From Eledone cirrhosa (taxonomy: Eukaryota), in contig OZ024757.1 in the NCBI GenBank assembly GCA_964016885.1, positions 9,362,001-9,426,000 on the forward strand: a DNA stretch of 64,000 nt. Direction: 5' to 3'. The position numbers and the translations under genes are program-made. The notes beneath the pieces are model-generated. The model was not told the origin of the DNA, ran no database searches, and was given only the letters and a program-made list of their open reading frames with translations. Of this stretch, positions 27,090 to 40,000 are shown in pieces. The stretch's first letter is position 1; each line of letters opens with the position of its first letter.

Positions 27090-29180
27090 TTACTTCAACT
27101 TTGCAGATGATTGCCGTCTCCCGATGCACCCCCATCAACCATCACCAACTCCAAACGTCCATCCATGGCCTCTTAGGTGGCTTTTAAGTTCAGTATTAGA
27201 TTTGCACGGTCTGCAGTAAATGTGACAGACAAAAGGTGTGCCCTCTATTGGATTTATTGGATCAGTTTGTGGGATATCATCCCTATGTGCCCTCATATGC
27301 CTATTAAGACCAGAGATTGATTTGCAGGTCTTTTTGCACACCACACATGTCTCACCTAGCATTGGAGGGATAGAGCTGCATACTGTTGGCTTTTTATGAG
27401 ATTTTAAATGAGTGATGGCCCCAGATTTAGTGAGCTGTAAACGACCACACACCTTACATATCCAGCACCCTATGTTCATACTGTGGCTCCTCCGAAGCTA
27501 ACGTTTAAGTCTTCATGATCAAGACATCTCTCTTCAAACATTCTGAAGCCTTCCATCACATGTCCTCTCCATTTACCCCTCTTTCAAGCAAGCACTTCCA
27601 AGTTCTGAACTTCAAACCGTTGATCTTTAAGGTTGTTTTTTTTAGGCAATCCTTATATCTTTTTTCTTGGTTTGTGTTGAGGGCGCTTCCCAGTGTGCAA
27701 TTGAGTGTAAAATAGTTGTTTTGGGAGTATTTCCTCATTCATGCGCACAGCATGGCCTACCCAACGCATTTGAGAGGATATGATGGTAGATTCAATGCTC
27801 GTGCAAACAGCATCTATACGGATTTGTGTGCCAGGTATTTTTGTTGCCATTTGATGTTTAGGATTCGTCTTAAACACTTTTGATTAAAGTGTTCAAGCAA
27901 ATTAAGGTGTCTACGATGTACTGTCCACGTTTCTGAAGAGTACATCAGAGCACTCAGAATGTAGACTTTGTACACACTAATCTTGGTCTTGATATTGATT
28001 CCATGATCCGCCCACACTCTCTTTTCAAGTTTTCTGAAGGCTACAGAGGCCTTTTGAATGCGCAGGTGTATTTCTGAATCCAGTGAACCATCCCTTGATA
28101 ATGCACTACCCAAATAAACAAAAGCGTCAACTACACCCAACCTAGTTTCATGCACCATTATATTTGGTTCAATATATGCTGATGGTGTGAACATTACCTT
28201 GGTACTTTTTAGATTAATTTTCATGCCAAGGGCATTCCAGGTCGCTGCAAAACAATTGCATGTCATCTTGAGAGTGAGCCAGAAAGTCAGCATCGTCTGA
28301 ATGCAGGAGTTCACTAATTAATATTTGGAACACCTTGAATTTAAATTGAACCTTCTTTGGTCAAAGATTCTTTCTGTAGTTCTAACTTGCAATAGAACAC
28401 CCTTTGCACAGTCCTGGAATGCATGAGTCAGCATCACAGCAAAAAATATTGCAAACCGTGTGGGAGCCGGGATATCTCCCTCCTTCACGCCATTATCAAT
28501 TAGGATTTCATTTGACAATTCTCCATTCAAGACAACCCGAACTTTCATATTTCTGTGCAGACGGACGAACATATCAATAAACTTTGGTGGGCACTCTATA
28601 CATACAATTGATCCCTGAAGTTTATCCACGTTCCATCGAAGTCAACATTATTCAAAAGTTTTTTCAAAGCCTCATGTACTCTAGCTGTTTTAACTTTCCA
28701 ACATCAATACGCTTCAGTGTTTTGATCTCACATATGCGAGATTTTTTCCGAATATGTAACTTAAACTTCCCCCGAACCATCTTAGGGTCTGTGTAGCATT
28801 CTGCACTACACACGACGAGCACATTACAGACATCATTCAGGTAGCATTTCCGGGTTACTATGAAATCTATCATGTGGCCATCTTTTGATCTTGGGTGTAT
28901 CCAGGTAACTTTATGCTTCTTCTTTTGGCAGAAGAATGCAAATTGCTAGGTTTAGTTCCCAACAGAGCTCAAGCAGCTTCAAACCATTGGCATTCATCTT
29001 ACCGATGCCGCAATGGCCTAGTGCATACCATGTCTCATGGTCTCTGCCAACTCGGGATTTGAAATCACCAAGAATGATCACATTTTCTTCGACTGGAGTA
29101 GATGTAATTGTAACACGGAGGGATTCATAGAATGTCATAATACTTTCTTTACTGGCCAGGAGAGTTGATTCTAAAGGGCA
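27090..29180 (-). mobile_element. Decayed, 5'-truncated and internally deleted RTE-clade LINE with C-terminal C2H2 fingers
   Basis: APE motifs ILGDFKSRVG and IDFIV; RT motifs GVKEGDIPAPTRF, FVYLGS, LMYSSETW, RWVGHAVRM; C2H2 motif CVVCKKTCKSISGLNRHMRAH; multiple frameshifts. Confidence 0.85.
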
Positions 29181-29288
29181 CTCTAAATGTTGTGCTAGAG
29201 TTTCTCGATCATTGTCTGAGCCTAAGCCAGATGACAAGTAATCACACACACACATATATAATAATAATAATAATGATAATAATAATAA

Positions 29289-29930
29289 GGGAAGAAGACG
29301 CACATGGTGGAAAGAAGGTCATGAAATCGCTCCCGTAAGTTTTTGAATTTTAACATATTTAAATCAATTGTGAAATAACAATTCTTAGTACGAATGATGC
29401 ATAAAGCATCCGAATCAAGCCTCAGGAAGATTCGGATCCATAATATATTGTTATATCGCTCAAATATTCAATTTTGTAATATACATTTTACATTCAAAAA
29501 AGAAAATGGTTATAAATGGAAGAAAACCACCCCTCTGTCTACACTATATAGAACAGCCAAATAACAGCAATTTCACCAACACCACAAACTAGATACACCA
29601 CCTACCCCATCACTCCTCTGTGTACACTAAATACAACAGCCAGATAGCAGCAATTTCACCACCACCAATCCCAGCATAATAATTATAATTACTATTATTA
29701 TTGTCTCAAGTCTTCACAAAATGTTTAATTCCAATATTAAGAAAAATATGTCAACACATATATTAAACAACGCCATCACTACAGTCACCGCCGCCACCAC
29801 ACATCCATCATTACTACCACTATCCCATCACCGCCGCCACCACCCATCCATCATTACTACCACTATCCCATCACCGCCGCCACCACTCCTTCATTGCTAC
29901 CACCGCTATTCCCCCATTACCTTCTGTTAA
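29289..29930. repeat. Unclassified non-coding repeat R; other copies at ~42924-43430 and ~47323-47700
   Basis: Shared blocks gaagaagacgcac...gaaggtcatgaaatcg, atattgttatatcgctcaaatattcaa, ctctgtctacactatatagaacagcc and ccaccactccttcattgct. Each copy follows an (AAT)n tract. Confidence 0.8.
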
Positions 29931-29939
29931 CTTACGAAA

Positions 29940-30990
29940 GGGGAAGGAGTCATGTCGATAGACTCTACTTAAGGAGATCTGAAGGTGGAAGAGGTCTTAT
30001 CAGCATAGAGGACTGTGTTCAGATGGAGAAAAACAACCTACACAAATACGTGACTGATAGTAAGGAGCCAATGCTCAGAACTGTACTGAAGGAGGGGACA
30101 ATAGGCCAGCGGATGTCCAAGGAGGAAATAACATCAAGGAGAAAGAGCAGCCTTCAGGAAAAATCCCTTCATAGTACCTTCTTTGAGAAAACTGAATTTA
30201 GAGATCCACAGATGTGGAACTGGTTGAAAAGAGGAGACCTTAAAAAGGCTACAGAAGGAATGCTAATGGCTGCGCAGGAGCAGGCCCTCAAAACGAAGTG
30301 GTTGAAACACCATATTTACAAGGGGAAGGCTAGCCCACTGTGCAGGATCTGTGGAGAGAGAGAGGAGACTGTGGCTCACATTGTCTCCGAGAGTAAACAC
30401 CTAGCCCAGACCCACTATAAGGGCTGGAGACACGATGTGATGGGCAGGGTGATCCACTGGCACCTGTGCAAAGTAAACAATTTACCACATTCTGAGAAAT
30501 GGTATGAGCGTAGGCCAGAGGCGGTGATGGAGAACAATCAGGTGAAGGTGCTGTGGGATTTTAGGATACAGACGGACAAAAAACTGGAACACAATAGACC
30601 TGACCTGGTGGTTGTGGACAAAGAAAAAAGATCGTGTCTGATTGTGGATGTGGCCTGCCCATTCGACACGAGAGTGCAAGAGAAGGAGAGGGAGAAAATT
30701 AACCGATACCAGGACCTAAAATGGGAGGTGAAAAGGATTTGGAACTGCCATGAAGTCAAAGTGATCCCGATTGTCATAGGCACACTGGGGACTATCTCCA
30801 AAAGTTTCCAGGGATGGTTAAAGAAAATCGGCCCCTTCACGCTTTTTGGAACGCTTCAAAAGGCATGCTTGCTTGGAACAGAAAGAACCCTCCGATACGT
30901 CCTGAATATCTGAGGCTGCAGGTAGTGGCTTGATATTCAATCCAACGGACTTTCCAGTTAACTAACATCAATGACTGAGACTCAAGGAAT
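29940..30990 (+). mobile_element. R4/Dong-clade non-LTR retrotransposon, family A, 3' fragment
   Basis: RLY..R.EGGRGL, CRIC..ETVAHIVS, RHD, and the restriction-like endonuclease motif RPDLVV...IVDVACPFD...EK..RY.DL. Stop at 30913, short 3'UTR, (AAT)n tail. Confidence 0.9.
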
Positions 30991-31023
30991 AACAACAACA
31001 ATAATAATAATAATAATAATAAT

Positions 31024-34000
31024 GATTTCTTTATTAACCACAAGGGTTTACATAAAGTAGACATTAAGGAGAGTGCAGGACAATACAGGACGGTACAAAT
31101 GGGCATTTCTGCGTGTAAAAAACAAAAACAGAGGATGTAACAAAAAATAAAAATGAAAAATTCCCCAATAGGGGGAAGACTTCGGAGGGACATTTGTGGA
31201 GAAAGCCCAGTAAAAGGCCACAATGACCCTGACAACCTAGGCAAGTGCCCTCTCCCAGTTTTCCACCTTTAATTTACAGATATATACTCAGAGTAGGCCC
31301 ATTCACTCGGGCCATTCTTGCTTCTCTCACCCATCTTTCAACAAAATGCTGGGAAGAGAGCACTTCCCTCTCTACTCTGATTTTCCTTTTCAAATGAAAT
31401 TTGAATAAGTCAATCAGAGCATCACCGAAGAGGTAAGTGCTCGTCTTCAGCCCTTTCAAACGTGTCCACCATACTATTTCTTTCGCCATGGCCACCAGAC
31501 AGATAAAAACTGCCTGCCCTTCCCGGCTAAAGGAGGAGGGCGGGGCAATCCTCACGATGGACTCAGATGATAGCCGGATCCGTCCTAAACGCGACAGCAG
31601 GTGTTCGATATAAACCAACAAGTCAGCAATTTTCGGACACTGGACGAGTGCGTGCAGGCGGTTTCGTCGCCCTGCGCGCATCTCGGACATGCCCGGCTGA
31701 CGGCACCTCCATGCCTGTAAAGTTTATCCCGAACTGGCAAGGCTCCTTGGTAGCACTGCCTGGCCAGAGATTTCTGGAAGTTGTCCATAGGCCCTGGCCC
31801 GAAAGTTCTTCCGAAAAGATTGGCTAGTTAATTTTCGTCGACGCCTAGAGTTTCCCCAAGTACGTCGTCGCTCTTCCCCTCCACTAATCCTCTATAGAAC
31901 GCCGAGGTGGAGTTTCCACCGATCACATTGCCCGATTGGTCGAGGGCTGTGAGCGCCTGAAGACATTCCAGTCTCCAGGCGCTCCCTCTCGGTCTTCGCT
32001 TGACCCAGAACTGCAGCTCCGTCAAGGAAACGAGCTGGGGAAATACGTGTCTAGCAAACGGCGACCACACCTGATCACCGTCGAGGAAGAAGTGGAAATG
32101 TAGCCTGAGCGCGTGCCTGCGCATCATCAGCCACGGCATGCCCGGCCCTCCACGTAGCGGGTGTTGACAACAAATGGACCGCCTGACCATCGGAGCGCGT
32201 CCCTTCCACAAAAAGCGAAAGAGCAAACGCTCCAGCGCAGTCAGGCGAGGCTTAGTACAAGGTACGACGGTCAGGCGGTAGCAGATGACAGACGCGATGT
32301 ACGCGTTAGCCACCTCTGCTCGACCTTTCAGGGATAGCTTCCTCTCCGCCCATTTCTGTGTGAGAGAAGCCACCCTGCTCGTCACCTCGTCCCAGTTTTT
32401 GTCCGTCTGGAGGTCCGGACCAGACCCCTAGCAATTTAACCGGTCCGTCCGTCCAGCGTCCGACGACGCTGTTGGACGGCATGGACCTGCCTCTCCAGGT
32501 GCCGAGCTGCAGGCCCACTGACTTTTCCTGGTTGATCATTGCTCCTGTCACCGCTTCGTATTCTCTTAGTGTAGTGCCGATCGCCTCGATGTGTTTGGCA
32601 TTCGACACCACTACGGTGACATCGTCCGCATATGCTGACACGGATCTTCCGCATCCTAGTTCGCGCGGACGCCCCTCAACGTCTCCAGTTTGTGCAGTAA
32701 TGGCTCGAGAGTCAATACGTACAAGAGGGACGAGAGGGGACATCCTTGGCGGACCGAGCGGATGATGTTGAACGGTTCCGACAGGTGACCGTTCACTCTC
32801 ACCACAGAGCAGATGTCGCTGTGCATGGCAGAGATCCAGCCTCTGAAGACGGGCCCAAAGCCAGCCGCCCTCAGGACTGTCGCTAGGTAACGATGGTCGA
32901 CCCTATCGAAAGGTTTCGACTGATCTAAATTGATCAAGGACCCACCCGTGCCAGGTTCCTTAGCTACACTCTCTACGGTGTATCGCATGAGGTGGAGGTT
33001 GTCGTGGATGGATCTGCCGGGAATGGCGCATGTCTGCGCCTCTCCCACCAGACCACCAATGACAAGCGCCAACCTCTTTGCTAGCACCTTGGCCAAAATC
33101 TTGAACTCTGTGTTTAGCAGAGTTATGGGCCGGAAATTATCTATGTTATCCCCCTTGTTCGGATCCTTTCTCAGCAGTGCCACCGCTCCTCGGCTCACAG
33201 AACTGGGAATTCTCCCGTTCTGTTGCCAGTTGCAGTAGACGTCCGCCAAGAGGCCTCCGAACAAGTCTGGCATCTGTACGTAAAGTTCATAGGGCAGACC
33301 ATCCAAACCAGGCGATTTACCCCTTGTGCAGCCAGTCATTGCCTCCCTTACTTCAGCGGCTGTTATAGGCTTTTCGCAACACTTCGCCTCAGTGGCCGAG
33401 AGCCGCGGCAGTCCGTCGCGGTAGACACTAAAGTCCATCCCTCGACCCGGCCCACCGCTGCCCCCGAACAGCTGAGCGAAGTGTTGCTGAAAAGCTTCAC
33501 ACATTTGCCCGGGATCGAGTACCATGCGCCCGTCGTGGTCCACCAAAGACCGGATCGTGGCTTTGTTGCCACGACGCGCCTCCGCCACTCGGGCCCATTG
33601 AACGGCTTTCGTCCCCTCGTGTCTGAGAGCACGCACCCTTGCTCTGACAACGCTGCCTTCGTGCTTTGCATTGAAGAATTGGTCAAGGGCCAATTTCGCC
33701 GCAAGCACGTCGGTCGCAATGCCTTTGCTAAGTGTCTTGTCTAATTTTCTAACTAGTTATCCCTCTGCTCTATTTTTCTCTATTGCTAAAGCCTTACTAA
33801 ACCTAATGGATTCTATTCTAATCGCTCTTTTCAGAGCAAACCACCACTTGTTGTTGACGATGGCCCCCGTCAACGCCCGCTTAACTAGTTCGCTAATCCG
33901 GTCTCTGTAGGCCTTGCGCGCTGGTAAGGACGCGTTTAGCTTCCAGTAGCCGGGTCCTCGTCTATGAAGCCTATCTAAGTCAAGCACACAGATCACGAAT

Positions 34001-36416
34001 TTGTGGTCCGTGTAGCTGACTATCTTGAATTGTGGACAGCCTATGCTAGACCTATCTATTTCCCTACAAAATACTCTATCTAGATATGATCTGGATGACC
34101 CTATGCGATTTGTCCAAGTCCACATTGGCACATTCGGGAAATCCAATTGCTACCTGTCAGACAGTTCAAAACGCCTGAGCAGGTTGGTGAGGCTCTTGCA
34201 AACTCCACCCCTATCCGCTAATCCCACAATTTCCAGGCGTGCATCTAAGATCCCGTTCCAGTCGCCCACTAACACTAAAGGTCTCCAGACGCCGGAAGAA
34301 ATCAGGCCGCCCTGCTCCTGTCGGGGCATAGACGGCCACTAGCCTGAAAGCTTGCCCGTCTCCGCTGGTCACGTCCAGCACCACCAGCTTACCCTCTGGG
34401 TCCAGGAAGATGGCCCGTATGGCGAGATCCAAACCTCTCCGAAAAAGCACAGCAACTCCTCCCCCCGATCCAGGACGGCTGGGAGATGCGTACACATCGT
34501 AGCCGCCGAAGATCGGTGCGAGGGCCCGTGCTTCGGAGATTCTGGTCTCGCTGATGGCCACTACATCTATGTTTAGTGATCTGAGGTCGTTGAGCAGGTG
34601 ACCCTGCTTCCATGACGACCCCAAGCCACGCGCATTTATGCTACCTATTCTGAGTGACGTCATGTTTAAAATAGAGTGGAAAAGATGGGAAAGACCACTT
34701 ACCGTACTTTTCGAAGAGGAGGGATGGTTTTTACATCTCATTTCACTTGATCGTCTTGTGAAGGGACCGTTGAATCATCCCTTCGGCTGGTCGTCGGCTC
34801 TTCTATGAGAATGTCTGAATATACTCTTCGATTGATAGTTCCTCCTAGGTCCCTGAAATCACCAACTGCGTTGGGGAATTTCGTTTTAATGTTTGTGTAT
34901 TGTTTCTGTGCTAGTTTTAGTAGTCTTATGTTAGTTGGCGTTTTGATTGGTGCTGGTATTATGTAGTCGTGTTGTGAAATGTCTGTGTGTTCAATTATGT
35001 AAGTCATTAGTTTCTTGTTGTGTGTATTTATTGCCGTGCATTTGTTTATCTTGGGGTGGGGTGTGGTTCTGCTATTTTCTTGTCGTTGTTGCTGGGTGTG
35101 TGTGTCTTGTTGTTGTGTTTGCGATGTTGGTGCTTGTGGTGGTGGTGTTGAAGGTGTTGTTGGTGGTAGGGTTGTCGCCGGTGGTGATGGTGGTGCTAGT
35201 GTGGGTGGTGATGGTGTTGGTGGTGTTGCTGCTGTGGGTCTCTTTGCAGTAGACTTTAACCTTTTTTCATTTCTTTCCTCCCTTTTCAAAGGCGACGATG
35301 CGCTGCTTCTGCGTTTGTGCCTTCTTACGACCTTTTGCCATCCCTCTTCCACCTCACACTCCATGTCTGATTCTGTGAGGTCGGGGAGGGGTACCAGCTC
35401 CAGTCTTTCACTTGTTGTTGTTGGTGATGTTTGCAGTGGAGTCTCTGTTGGAGCTGCTGTTGATATTATTGTTGTTGTTGTTAATACTTCCACTGCTGCT
35501 GTTCTTGATTTCCGTGGCGGGGTATGGGTGCCACGGCCCTATCGTTCCTGGTTGCCGCTTGTCCTGTTGCTGGTAGCAGTGGAGCCAGTTTCGGAAGGAG
35601 GGGGTTTTCTCCTTTCTCAGGGTCTTCTCGTTGCAGAAGGCCCTGAGCTGAGTCTTCGATCTACAGCGAAAGCATTTTGGGCGTTTGCCCTCAACACTTA
35701 TGGGCAGTTGAGTGCCGTTATCGAAGTCTATTACATCCGGGATAGCTTCCATGCACTCCTGGTTGGTTTGCATTAACATCTCAATGGAGGTGCCGACCCA
35801 ATCTTCTCTTACTCTTTTCTGTACTTGCAGTACAGTTGTTTTGTCCTCGATTCCGATGAGGACAGACGCGGCCAGCCAAGAAGGGGCCATCCGGGGGGGG
35901 GGGGGGGGTCAGTTTGACACTCACAATTTTTTTCCCGCAGTAGGAGGGCACCAACACCATTTCCTCGCTCCTTAGGGTCACTACGGATTGAGCCTTTGCC
36001 TCCTGGGGTGTGGCAAAAAGCACGTCTACGGTGGCATATGTCTTGCCTCGGGTGATATGCGTTTTACGCTGCCACAGAGACCCTAAGGCTTTTTTGTATT
36101 TGAGCCTCTGTGGCTCTTTCAACCCTACGGGATTTTGTGCTTACTGTACAGTACGTGACCGTACAGTGCTATTGGGTTTCGAAAAATGTTTCGGCTGCCT
36201 TGCAGATTGCTCGGTGTCCGGTTTTCGTCACCATCTTCTTCGCTTCATCTAATTCCTCATTTGCTATGAGGATGGTTTCCAGGTTCTTTGCGATACCTGC
36301 AAACGAGATTGGTTTTTCTTTGCTGCTGTTGTTGTTGTTGTTGTTGTTGTTGTCGTAAGAGCTGCTGTTACTTTTGTTGTTGCTGCAGGTAGTACGACTA
36401 CTGCCGCCGTCGTGGT

Positions 36417-36458
<42 letters not shown>

Positions 36459-37030
36459 TGCTGCTAATGCTGTTGTTGTTTATGATGCTGCTGATGCTGC
36501 TTCGGCTGCTACTGTTGTTTTCCTTGTCACTGTTACTGCTGCTGCTGTTATTACGGCTGCTACTGCTATTATTCATGACGTCAGACGAATGAAATGGCTT
36601 TTCGTATTTGCGGCACACCTTTTTCGTCGTTGTCGTCGTCGTGGAGAAATGTTCCATGCTTTGCACGTGATTTTGTAAACTATTTTTCTTTACTGGCGTC
36701 GCTTGCGAAAGAGAAGGGGGGGGGGAGAGAGACAATCTTCTCTCTGCTGTAGTGACGATTGAGGAAGAAGACGGAATGAGTGGGAGTGACTTGTGAAAAT
36801 TATTTTTCGTAGCCATGTTTTTTTTGACTTAAAATAAATATTGGGCACAAAACCCCAATAAGCGGTTATTTAACCCCGAAGCGCCAAATAACGGACAGAA
36901 AGACCCCTCTCACGAGGAGGAGGGTGTTTTTGTCTACAATTTGGTTAAAGTTTTAAACAATTTACAATTGTTATAGCGGTCAAAATTTACAATACCTTAC
37001 AGAGCCGAGCCTCGGTCAACCATGGCATTC
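31024..37030 (-). mobile_element. Tx1/L1-clade LINE, copy 1, full length (~6.0 kb), 5' type A, disrupted ORFs
   Basis: ORF1 from 36816 (low complexity, RPKCFRC knuckle). ORF2 from 34663 (IGSINARGL APE, KSPGLDGL, FRPITLLN, RQGCPLS, YADD). AATAAA then (ATT)n at the 3' end; (ATT)n also at the 5' end. Confidence 0.93.
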
Positions 37031-37079
<49 letters not shown>

Positions 37080-40000
37080 GTGCTTTCTTTATTAACCACA
37101 AGGGTTTACATAAAGTAGACATTAAGGACAGTACAGGACAATACAGGACGGTACAAATGGGCATTTCTGCGTGTAAAATAAAAAAGGGTGTAATAAAAAA
37201 AATAATGAAAAATTCCCCAATGGGGGGGAGACTTCCGAGGGACATTTGTGGAGAAAGCCCATTAAAAGGCCACAGTGACCCTGACCACCAAGGCAAGAGC
37301 CAGTTTTCCACCTTTAATTTACAGACACATACTCAAAGTAACAAAATGCTGGGAAGAGAGCACAAATGAAATTTGAAAAAGTCAATCAGGGCATCACCGA
37401 AGAGGTAAGTGCTCGTCTTCAGCCCTTTCAAACGTGTCCACCATACTATCTCTTTCGCCATGGCCACCAGACGGATAAAAACTGCCTACCCTTCCCGGCT
37501 AAAGGAAGAGGACGGGGCAATCCTCACGATGGACTCAGCTGATAGCCGGATCTGTCCTACTCGCGACAGCAAGTGTTCCACATAAACCCACAAGCCAGCA
37601 ATTCTCGGACACTGGACGAGTGCGTGCAGGACGGTTTCGTCGCCCTGCGCGCATCTCGGACATGCCCGGCTGACGGCACCTCCATGCCTGTAGAGTTTAT
37701 ATAGAACTGGCAAGGCGCCTCGGTAGCACTGCCAGGCCAGAGGTTTCTGGAAGTTATCCATAGGCCCCGGCCCGAAAGTTCTTCCGAAGAGATTGGCTAG
37801 TTAATTTTCGTCGACGTCTAGAGTTTCCCCAAGTACGTCGTCGCTTTTTCCCTGCACTAATCCTCTATAGAACGCCGATGTGGAGTTTCCACCGATCACA
37901 TTGCCCAATTGGTCGAGGGCTGTGAGCGCCTGAAGACATTCCAGTCTCCAAGCGCTCCTTCTCGGTCTTCGCTTGACCCAGAACTGCAGCTCCGTCAAGG
38001 AAACGAGCTGGGGAAAGACGTGACTAGCAAACGGTGACCACACCTGATCACCGTCAAAGAAGAAGTGGAGATGTTCTGGCCTGAGCGCGCGTCTGCGCAT
38101 CATCAGCCACGGCATACCCAGCCCTCCACGTAGCGGGTGTTGACAGCAGATCGACCGCCTGACCATCGGAGCGCGTCCCTTCCACAAAAAGCGAAAGAGC
38201 AAACGCTCCAGCGCAGTCAGGCGGGGCTTAGGACAAGGTACGATGGTCAGGCGGGAGCAGATGACAGACGCGATGTACGCGTTAGCCACCTCTGCTCGAC
38301 CTTTCAGGGATAGCTTCCTCTCCGTCCATTTCTGGGTGAGAGAAGCCACCCTGCACGTCACCTGGTCCCAGTTTTTGTCTGTCTGGAGGTCCGGACCAAA
38401 CCAGACCCCTAGCAATTTAACCGGTCCGTCCGTCCAGCGTCCGACGACGCTATTTGACGGCATGGACTTGCTCTCCAGGTGGCGAGCTGCAGGCCCACTG
38501 ACTTTTCCTGGTTGATCATTGCTCCTGTCACCGCTTCGTATTCTCTTAGTGTAGTGCCGATCGCCTCGATGTGTTTGGCGTTCGATACCACTACGGTGAT
38601 ATCGTCCGCATATGCTGACACGGATCTTCCGCATCCTAGTTCGCGCGGGACTCCCCTTAACGTCTCCAATTTGTGCAGTAATGGCTCGAGAGTCAATACG
38701 TACAAGTGGTACGAGAGGAGACATCCTTGGCGGACCGAGCGCATGATGTTGAACGGTTCCGAAAGGTAACCGTTCACTCTCACCACAGAGCAGATGTCGC
38801 TGTGCATGGCAGCGATCCAGCCTCTGAAACGGGCCCAAAGCCAGCCGCCTTCAGGACTGCCGCCAGGTAACGATGGTCGACCCTATCGAAAGCTTTCGAC
38901 TGATCTAAATTGATCAACCCACCCGTGCCAGGTTCCCTAGCTACCCTCTCTACGATGTATCGCATGAGGTGGAGGTTGTCGTGGATGGATCTGTCGGGAA
39001 TGGCGCATGTCTGCACCTCTCCCACCAGACCACCAACGACAAGCGCTAACCTCTTTGCTAGCACCTTGGCCAAATTCTTGAACTCTGGGTTTAGCAGAGT
39101 TATGGGCCTGAAATTATCTATGTTATCCTCCATGTTCGGATCCTTTCTCACATCGTCACCGCTCCTCGGCTCACAGATCTGGGAATTCTCCCGTTCTGTT
39201 GCCAGTTGCAGTAGATGTCCGCCAAGAAGCCTCCGTACAAGTCTGGCATCTGTACGTAAACTTCATAGGGCAGACCCACAAAACCAGGCGATTTACCCCT
39301 TGTGCAGCCAGTCATTGCCTCCCGTACTTCAGCGGCTGTTATCGGCTTTTCGCAACACTCCGCCTCAGTGGCCGAAAGCCGCGGCAGTCCGTCGAGGTAG
39401 ACACTAAAGTCCATCCCTCGATCCGGCCCGCCGCTGCCCCCGAACAGTTGAGCGAAGTGTTGCTGAAAAGCTTCACACATTTGCCCGGGATCGAGTAGCA
39501 TGCGCCCGTCGTGGTCCAACAAAGACCGGATCGTGGCTTTGTTGCCACGACGCGCCTCCGCCACTCGGGCCCATTGAACGGCTTTCGTCCCCTCGTATCT
39601 GAGAGCACGCACCCTAGCTCTGAGAACGCAGCCTTCGTACTTTGCATTGAAGAATTGGTCAAGGGCCAATTTCGCCTCAAGTACGTCGGTCGCGATGCCT
39701 TTGCTAAGCGCCTCGTCTAATTTTCTAACTAGTTCTCCCACTGCTCTATTTTTCTCTATAGCTAAAGCCTTAATAAACCTAATGGACTCTATTCTAATCG
39801 CTCTTTTCAGAGCAAACCACCACTTGTTTTGACGATGGCCCCCGTCAACACCCGCTTAACGAGTTTGCCCAATCCGGTCTCTGTATGCCTTGCGGGCTGG
39901 TAAGGACGCGTTTAGCTTCCAGTAGCCGGGTCCTCGTCTATGAAGCCTATCTAAGTCAAGCACAAAGATCACGATTTTGGGGTCCGTGTAGCTGACTATC

